Below, one piece after another: positions 57,889 to 64,000 of a DNA stretch of 64,000 nucleotides; the stretch's first letter is position 1, and each line of letters begins with the position of its first letter. Origin of the DNA: Thermodesulfobacteriota bacterium (GTDB taxonomy: Bacteria; Desulfobacterota_D; UBA1144; Nemesobacterales; JAJCZQ01); NCBI GenBank assembly GCA_965203965.1, contig CBDBDR010000017.1, forward strand, positions 192,001 through 256,000, in the 5' to 3' direction. Both the position numbers and the translations under genes were made by a program. Below the pieces are notes generated by a model. It saw only the letters and a program-made list of their open reading frames with translations. It did no database searches and had not been told where the DNA came from.

Positions 57889-59937
57889 TTATTCAACCTG
57901 AATTTCTAAATCTTTAATTTGTTCTTGGTATTTTTTTCTGATAGCAAATCCGTTTTTTATTATAGAGCCTATCCTGTTTTGTTCTTTCATTTCTGGTAAT
58001 ACTATTAATATATTTAGCAAGTCATTATCTAATAATGATGGTATAGCGGCACCTGTTCTGAATCTAAACACTTGATTCAAAAAGTATTTTGATTTAAAGT
58101 AATATAACAGGTAGAACGGATTGACTATTTTATTATTTACATTTAAAACTCTGAATCCGTTTGTACAAATACAACCTTCATATTCACTTGTAATGTAAGC
58201 AGATACATGATTATTTGTGCCTATAGAATTACCTGCAACAGCAGTTATTATATCAACTTCTTCTAGCTCATATGAGGCTCTGCTTGGTAGTTCATGTACA
58301 AATAATTCGGTTACATTCATTATTTCATTGTATTGTGTATTTATATCAGATAATTCTACATAACGTACAACGAGGTCTTTTTGTCTAAGTTTATTAGATT
58401 TTGATTTTTTTAACTTTACTAGCTCACCTAATCTCTTCGCTTCTTTTTTTAGTAATATATTCTCAATTTTTTTATAACTGGGTTTATAAAACTCATAATC
58501 AAGTCTGGAATAATTCAAATCCCTATTATTAACAGAAAAAGCATTTTCATTTTCATCAATATTGCCATAATTTTCAAATTTAAGATATGAATTCACAACA
58601 CTGGAAATACCTTCATCTATTATATACTCACCATCCTCGTCTCTTAAGATGTTTCCTTTACTATCTTTTTTGTATACTAAAGACCCATTTTTATTTCCTG
58701 AATATCCGAGTTTACTAATTTGTGAGAAAAAGACTTTGTCTATCAAATTTTTTCCATTTTTCTTTTCTAAAAACAAAATGGATGTTTTTACTCCTGTTCC
58801 TGATGGAATAAACGTCTCTTGTGGTAATTTTATTACCGCAAAAACATTGGCTAAATCTTTGATATAATTACGGAGATAAATAAGACTTGAGTTCTCAAAA
58901 TCGCCGTTTGGTAAAACAATTGCCATTCTTCCGCCGGGTTTGAGAAATTTCAAACATCTTTCAATAAATAAAATTTCTGGAACTTGACCATTTAGTAATT
59001 CATTACTTTTTACAAATTTAGAGTCAGTTTTGTTCCATTTATAACCCAAATCAAAATTTCTTAAAATAGACTTATCTGATACTTTACCCTGTGTTCCAAA
59101 AGGCGGGTTGGTAAAAATAATATCAAAAAAACCTTGGTATGTTTTTATATCTTTACCATTAGCTTTATTAAGCTCAAAATCAATACTACTCCAGTCTGAC
59201 AAAGAATCATGCTGAATGATATTAGAAAATCCATCTCCATCTAAAATCATTTGCATCTTTGCTATTTTGGCAACCATTCTATTTATCTCAATTCCATAAA
59301 TATTTTCTTTTGCAAATTTTCTAACTTTTTTCGGTTCATTTATGCCGATGTACTGCAATGCTGAACTTAAAAATCTGCCACATCCGCAGGCAGGATCAAG
59401 AATGATATCACTAGCTTGTGGATGAATAATTTCAATGCATAATTTGGCTACTTGTTCAGGTGTAAAAAACTGACCTCTTCCAACTCTTTGAGATGAATGA
59501 ATAAATTTTTGAAATACCAGTCCTTTAACGCCAGTAGAAGAGTTTAAAAAATCAATATTTTGCAGTTTGTTTACAACGAAACCAACAGTACTGTTTTTTA
59601 ACTTTATTCTTTCTCTCTTTTCAAAAAGATTAGAAAAATAATTGAATGTGTTTTGTTGTAAATCTTCAAATCTATTTAAAAATCCAGTTCCATTTTTTCC
59701 ATTTACTATATTTTCATATTCCAAAGGTGTAATTTTAAATTCAAATTTTTTATTCTTTTCATCAAAAATCTTCAGAAATAATACTTTTATTACTTCTTCA
59801 AGAGCTTGTTCTGGAGATAATCCATCATTAGCATAGATATGATTATGCACATCCTCAAATACCCTCAATAAATCATCGTTTTTTTCCAGAGATGGTTGAG
59901 TATAAAAAGAAAATAAAGGTAGCGTTGTTTGGCTCAT
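57889..59937 (-). CDS. N6-adenine DNA methyltransferase, HsdM-like with fused single HsdS-like target-recognition domain
   Basis: GQFFTP, motif I DPACGCGRFL, GIEIN, motif IV TNPPFG, FIERCLKFLKPGGRMAIVLP; C-terminal TRD-like CICTNGF...NPFYLLYYF...TGAAIPS...LPEMKEQ. Confidence 0.9.
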   Translation of the reverse strand: MSQTTLPLFSFYTQPSLEKNDDLLRVFEDVHNHIYANDGLSPEQALEEVIKVLFLKIFDEKNKKFEFKITPLEYENIVNGKNGTGFLNRFEDLQQNTFNYFSNLFEKRERIKLKNSTVGFVVNKLQNIDFLNSSTGVKGLVFQKFIHSSQRVGRGQFFTPEQVAKLCIEIIHPQASDIILDPACGCGRFLSSALQYIGINEPKKVRKFAKENIYGIEINRMVAKIAKMQMILDGDGFSNIIQHDSLSDWSSIDFELNKANGKDIKTYQGFFDIIFTNPPFGTQGKVSDKSILRNFDLGYKWNKTDSKFVKSNELLNGQVPEILFIERCLKFLKPGGRMAIVLPNGDFENSSLIYLRNYIKDLANVFAVIKLPQETFIPSGTGVKTSILFLEKKNGKNLIDKVFFSQISKLGYSGNKNGSLVYKKDSKGNILRDEDGEYIIDEGISSVVNSYLKFENYGNIDENENAFSVNNRDLNYSRLDYEFYKPSYKKIENILLKKEAKRLGELVKLKKSKSNKLRQKDLVVRYVELSDINTQYNEIMNVTELFVHELPSRASYELEEVDIITAVAGNSIGTNNHVSAYITSEYEGCICTNGFRVLNVNNKIVNPFYLLYYFKSKYFLNQVFRFRTGAAIPSLLDNDLLNILIVLPEMKEQNRIGSIIKNGFAIRKKYQEQIKDLEIQVE

Positions 59938-59970
59938 ATATCTATTATAAAAGTAGAAACTAACACCTAA

Positions 59971-59999
59971 ATGCTACCTTCTTTACACATATGTGTCAA
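59971..59999 (-). promoter_or_regulatory. Putative sigma70 promoter of the MTase, overlapped by palindrome ACACATATGTGT (59985-59996)
   Basis: Minus strand TTGACA, 17 bp, TAGCAT. Confidence 0.6.
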
Positions 60000-60009
60000 A
60001 CAATAAATT

Positions 60010-60954
60010 CTACCTGTTATCTATCTGTGTTTTATCAATCTTTCTATATTGTGGTTTGGTTTTACGAATGCAGGTATCCATATCATCATACCAAGGAGGC
60101 TGAATAATTGGTTTTTCTTTTTTGTCCTTCACTAAAATATCAATTGTGTAATTTTGATATAAATGCTCAGGTGATGTTGGAGAATGGCTTATTTCTTCAC
60201 TATTCATAAATACAAACTCGTGTTTTCTAGTCCTTAAAAATAAATTGACACTCATAATATTGAAATCCCGAACAAGAGGAGCAGCTTGATTTATCTCCGT
60301 ATTTATACTCTTCCTTTTGCTAGGTTGGTGTGTTTCCAATATTGCAATAGCTCCCTCAACATTTCTATAAGCATCTTCGGAAAAATAATTTTTACCTAAA
60401 GAAAATACCCATTTTTTTAAATTTTCTTCATTTTCCCAAACACCTGAAAGATTATAGTATTCAGCGCCAGGGAAATCCTTATTCCATTTGAAATCTGGGA
60501 ATTTTTTTCCTGGATTTTTATTTTCCCACGACACCTTTGTCCTTAAATATTTTTTGGATCCTTTATCAAAAATTATTTCCTTCGTTCTCTTCGAATTAAA
60601 CACACGATTCTTCAAAAATTTAAAAACTTTCTCTGGACCATCAAGTTTGCCACCTCTAAATTCTGAATTGCTTTTCAACCCTTTACTTTCAATTACAAGC
60701 CACTTATTTTCCTTGCTGTCATTTTTTCTAATATAAAAATCACCTCTTGCTTCATAGTTCTTAGCGTTATTACCTCCACTAGGTTTTTCTTTAATCCGGA
60801 TAACCTCAAAACCTTTTGCCTCTAAATATTCTTTAAGCAAAACTTCGCTAATAGCTCCCATTATATAACCCTGAGCGCTTGGACTTTGCTTTAATGCTTC
60901 AAGAAAAACACGTTCATCTACTCCAAAATGTTTTAAGATATTTTCATCAATCAT
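60010..60954 (-). CDS. Putative restriction endonuclease, PD-(D/E)XK fold
   Basis: GAISE helix, RGDFYI...VIESKG catalytic pattern; adjacent to the MTase; start ATG 60954 or TTG 60963. Confidence 0.65.
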   Translation of the reverse strand: MIDENILKHFGVDERVFLEALKQSPSAQGYIMGAISEVLLKEYLEAKGFEVIRIKEKPSGGNNAKNYEARGDFYIRKNDSKENKWLVIESKGLKSNSEFRGGKLDGPEKVFKFLKNRVFNSKRTKEIIFDKGSKKYLRTKVSWENKNPGKKFPDFKWNKDFPGAEYYNLSGVWENEENLKKWVFSLGKNYFSEDAYRNVEGAIAILETHQPSKRKSINTEINQAAPLVRDFNIMSVNLFLRTRKHEFVFMNSEEISHSPTSPEHLYQNYTIDILVKDKKEKPIIQPPWYDDMDTCIRKTKPQYRKIDKTQIDNR

Positions 60955-60977
60955 ATTATTCAAAAGTTAGTAATTCA

Positions 60978-61006
60978 TTTATAATTTGGCTCGCGAGTAT
61001 TGGCAA
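60978..61006 (-). promoter_or_regulatory. Putative sigma70 promoter of the nuclease gene
   Basis: Minus strand TTGCCA, 17 bp (containing CTCGCGAG), TATAAA. Confidence 0.4.
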
Positions 61007-61022
61007 CCCCCCATTTTCTATC

Positions 61023-61113
61023 TGGCGGAGGGAGTGGGATTCGAACCCACGAGACCTTGTTAGAGCCTACTGGTTTTCGAGACCAGCGCCTTCGTCCGCT
61101 CGGCCATCCCTCC
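61023..61113 (-). tRNA. tRNA-Ser(CGA), long variable arm, CCA encoded
   Basis: Reverse complement GGAGGGATGGCCGAGCGG...CTCGAAA...GGTTCGAATCCCACTCCCTCCGCCA. Confidence 0.96.
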
Positions 61114-61203
61114 TATAGTTTACTAAATTACCGAGATAAAACTCCATAATCAATTATAATTGGGATTTGAAAATAGACTCTTGTCTATGTTAAGTTTAAC
61201 GTT

Positions 61204-63702
61204 GTGGTAGGCAGGTTTCTTTCAAAAGACGCAGCACAAGTAATAAGAGCAGAAATTTCAGCATCTTCGGGTAATGAGGTTTTTTTTGTAGGGGACCTTG
61301 ATAGTAACAAGTTGTTGGCAGATATTAAGGTTTTGGCAAGGGGGAATAAATTTTCTGTTCCCGCTATAATTGACTCTGCTAAATCTGGGCAAGTTGTTTT
61401 GCACAACCATCCATCCGGCGACCTGACACCTTCTGAGCAGGATATTTTCCTTGCTTCTGTATTTGGGAACAACGGAGTAGGGTTTTTCATAGTTGATAAT
61501 GGACTGAAAGACGTTTACGTGGTTGTTGAGCCTTTCAAAAAGAAAGAGCATATAAAATTAGATATAACTGAAGTAAGGAACTATTTAGCTCCGCAGGGAG
61601 TTGTATCCGAATTATTGGAAAATTATGAGTTCAGAGAGGAGCAGGTAATTGCCTTGGAGCGGGTTTTGTCGTCATTTAACAATAATACCGTTGAACTTAT
61701 AGAAGCCGGCACGGGAACGGGGAAGACATTTTCATATTTGATTCCATCAATCCTATGGGCGATTAGAAACAATGAAAGAACAGTAGTCTCTACAAACACA
61801 ATTAACCTTCAGGAACAGCTCATAGGCAAAGATATTCCCATTATGGATAAGGCTATTTCAGAAGAATTTAAGTATTCACTGGTCAAAGGAATGAGGAACT
61901 ATGTCTGTTTGTTAAGGGTAGAAACTTTAACGGATGGACAAATGGATATTTTTGGAGATAAGCACCTCGATGAAATTGAAAATTTAATCAGTTGGTCAAA
62001 AGTAACGGATAAAGGCTCTCTGTCCGATTTGAATTTTACCCCCAGTGAAGAGGTATGGGATAATATGTGCGCGGAAAATGACAGTTGTATAAGGGTAAAA
62101 TGTCCTTTTTATTCAGAGTGTTTTTTCTTTAAACATAGGCGTGAGATTGCTTCATCTCAATTACTTATAGTCAACCATCATCTGTTTTTTTCGGACTTAG
62201 CAATAAAAATAGCAACTAAAGACAACCAGTCCGGAATTCTACCACAATACCGTAGAGTTATATTTGATGAGGCCCATAACGTTGTTGCCGCTGCTACTTC
62301 ACATTTCAGTTCAATAATCTCAAAATACGGATTATTAAGGATAATGAGGAAACTCAAGAACAGGGGAAGGAAAGGAGAGATCAGAGGACTTATTTATTAT
62401 TGTGCTTCCACGGCTGTGAAACTTTCTAAAAAGCAAAAGGACGCTAATTTGATAAACTCGCTCTATAGAACTGAAGAGGTGATTTCTCCCAGAGTTGATA
62501 ATATTGAATCTCTGATAAATGAGTCGTTTGATCTGCTTGGAGAATTTACGATTTTTACGAAATATTCGTCAGGTAAAAATGGCAGCAGTTTTAATATCAG
62601 AATTACAAAAGACATAAAGAGCAAATCTCAATGGAAAAAGGCAGATACTAAATTTAGTGAGTTAAAAATGTATATAAAAGAGTTAATTGATGAAATTAAG
62701 CAGTTGGTGTCAATAATTGAACGATATGATGAGGACAGTATATTAAAAATTATCGTAGAGCTTAGAAGTGTCATATATAAGCTGGATTATTATGTTGAAG
62801 TCATAACGGGTTTTTTTTCCGAAAATGACGATTTGAATGTCAGATGGGTTGATATTAAAGAAAGAAATGAAAACTTTTTTTATAAAATTGGAATATCACC
62901 GATTGATGTTTCTGACCATCTAAAAACGAACCTGTATAAGAATCTTGATTCGGCAGTTTTAACATCTGCCACGTTGACGATTGATAAAAAATTTGAATTT
63001 AACAAGAGCCAGATGGGGTTGGACGAGTTAAACGGTGTAAATGAAGTTCTTGTAGAGTCTCCTTTTAATTTCAAACAGCAAGCGATGCTGTGCATTCCAA
63101 CTGATGTTCCTGAATTTTATGCTGATAATTGCGGTCAAACTATATCTCACTATATAAAGAAACTGATCTTGCTTACAGGTGGCAATGCACTGATCCTTTT
63201 TACATCTTATGAGATGCTAAACGCAGTTTATGCAAACTTCAAAGAATATCCGTTGGATAATGTAAATCTGTTAGTTCAGGGCACAGAGCCGCGTTACAAA
63301 CTTATAGATAAATTTAAACAAACTGAAAACTCCGTTCTTTTGGGCACAGATAGTTTTTGGGAAGGTGTTGATATTCCTGGTGATTCACTCAGGCTTTTAG
63401 TAATTACAAGATTACCATTCTCGGTTCCAACGGATCCAATTTTTGAGGCGAAGACAGAATATCTTGAAAACCAGGGAATCAATTCCTTTCTGGAATATTC
63501 TGTTCCTCTTGCAGTAATAAAATTTAAGCAGGGGTTTGGAAGATTAATAAGATCCAAAACAGACAGGGGTGTTGTGGTCGTGCTGGATAAAAGATTGCTA
63601 ATAAAGAACTACGGAAAATACTTTCTAAAGTCTTTACCAGACTGTAAAGTTGTATCTGGAAATTTCAGTGAAATGCTGGACAGGATAAAGTTGTTTCTCT
63701 GA
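61204..63702 (+). CDS. DinG/YoaA-family Fe-S helicase with N-terminal JAB/RadC-like domain
   Basis: JAB motif E...HNHPSGDLTPSEQD; EAGTGTGKT, Fe-S Cys, DEAH, SATL, FWEGVD, QGFGRLIR. Confidence 0.92.
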   Translation: MVGRFLSKDAAQVIRAEISASSGNEVFFVGDLDSNKLLADIKVLARGNKFSVPAIIDSAKSGQVVLHNHPSGDLTPSEQDIFLASVFGNNGVGFFIVDNGLKDVYVVVEPFKKKEHIKLDITEVRNYLAPQGVVSELLENYEFREEQVIALERVLSSFNNNTVELIEAGTGTGKTFSYLIPSILWAIRNNERTVVSTNTINLQEQLIGKDIPIMDKAISEEFKYSLVKGMRNYVCLLRVETLTDGQMDIFGDKHLDEIENLISWSKVTDKGSLSDLNFTPSEEVWDNMCAENDSCIRVKCPFYSECFFFKHRREIASSQLLIVNHHLFFSDLAIKIATKDNQSGILPQYRRVIFDEAHNVVAAATSHFSSIISKYGLLRIMRKLKNRGRKGEIRGLIYYCASTAVKLSKKQKDANLINSLYRTEEVISPRVDNIESLINESFDLLGEFTIFTKYSSGKNGSSFNIRITKDIKSKSQWKKADTKFSELKMYIKELIDEIKQLVSIIERYDEDSILKIIVELRSVIYKLDYYVEVITGFFSENDDLNVRWVDIKERNENFFYKIGISPIDVSDHLKTNLYKNLDSAVLTSATLTIDKKFEFNKSQMGLDELNGVNEVLVESPFNFKQQAMLCIPTDVPEFYADNCGQTISHYIKKLILLTGGNALILFTSYEMLNAVYANFKEYPLDNVNLLVQGTEPRYKLIDKFKQTENSVLLGTDSFWEGVDIPGDSLRLLVITRLPFSVPTDPIFEAKTEYLENQGINSFLEYSVPLAVIKFKQGFGRLIRSKTDRGVVVVLDKRLLIKNYGKYFLKSLPDCKVVSGNFSEMLDRIKLFL

Positions 63703-63756
63703 TCTTTTGAACATGAGATTTTTAAAGTTTACTATTTAAGAAAGTTACGGTGTCAA

Positions 63757-64000
63757 ATGGCGTTTCCTCCGATTAATAATACTAATGATAGGATTGACGG
63801 TGTGTTTGAGCGTTTGGCAGGGTCTGAATTCAGAAGTAGCTTTAAATTGAAAGACAAGGAATTATGGTATTTGTCGGAAAAGGGTATGGATACAATAATG
63901 CTTCACGCTGTTGATTTTATTAACATTCGGATTGCCCCTGCTTTCCCTGTAAATGACGGCAAGCAAACGCCTTTTGGTAAACATCCGGTGTTTGTTGCAC
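63757..64000 (+). CDS. DUF4186 family protein (partial, runs off the window)
   Basis: Manual translation ...FERLAGSEFRSSFKL...RIAPAFPVNDGKQTPFGKHPVFVA. Confidence 0.82.
   Translation, partial: MAFPPINNTNDRIDGVFERLAGSEFRSSFKLKDKELWYLSEKGMDTIMLHAVDFINIRIAPAFPVNDGKQTPFGKHPVFVA

Noticed and set aside
60879..61118. 79-aa plus-strand ORF ending WRREWDSNPR
   Set aside because: Antisense reading of tRNA-Ser.

Overview
64 kb of AT-rich chromosome from a diderm bacterium. A Desulfobacterota/Dadabacteria-like origin is inferred from gene content only (LPS heptose, lgt/lnt, rpoH, pilMNOPQ, amtB-porin). Most of it is housekeeping: TPR proteins, ihfB, def, tpiA-secG, nth, pckA, rsmG, mtnP, hldE, dnaJ-class, mrp, hisDC, lnt-lgt, tolB, rplU-rpmA, rlmN, alaS, rpoH, fmt, amtB, rnr, JAB-DinG, and five tRNAs (Glu, Lys, Asn, Phe, Ser). 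Highlights: (1) a secreted three-gene module (55.9-57.8 kb) with a TIMP-fold-like protein directly upstream of a propeptide-less matrixin/MMP-like catalytic domain and a lipoprotein, a candidate bacterial MMP-TIMP system; (2) a PilQ secretin with five AMIN-like domains, three from a perfect 339-bp tandem repeat; (3) an AT-rich restriction-modification cassette (PD-(D/E)XK nuclease plus M-S fusion methyltransferase) at the 3' end of tRNA-Ser, with a palindrome over the MTase -35 box; (4) decayed genes missed by the ORF track (trmI pseudogene, probable pgk remnant); (5) a degenerate HAMP-cyclase and an XRE/sensor-like/lipoprotein operon ahead of pilM. All family calls are motif recognition by eye; no searches were run.
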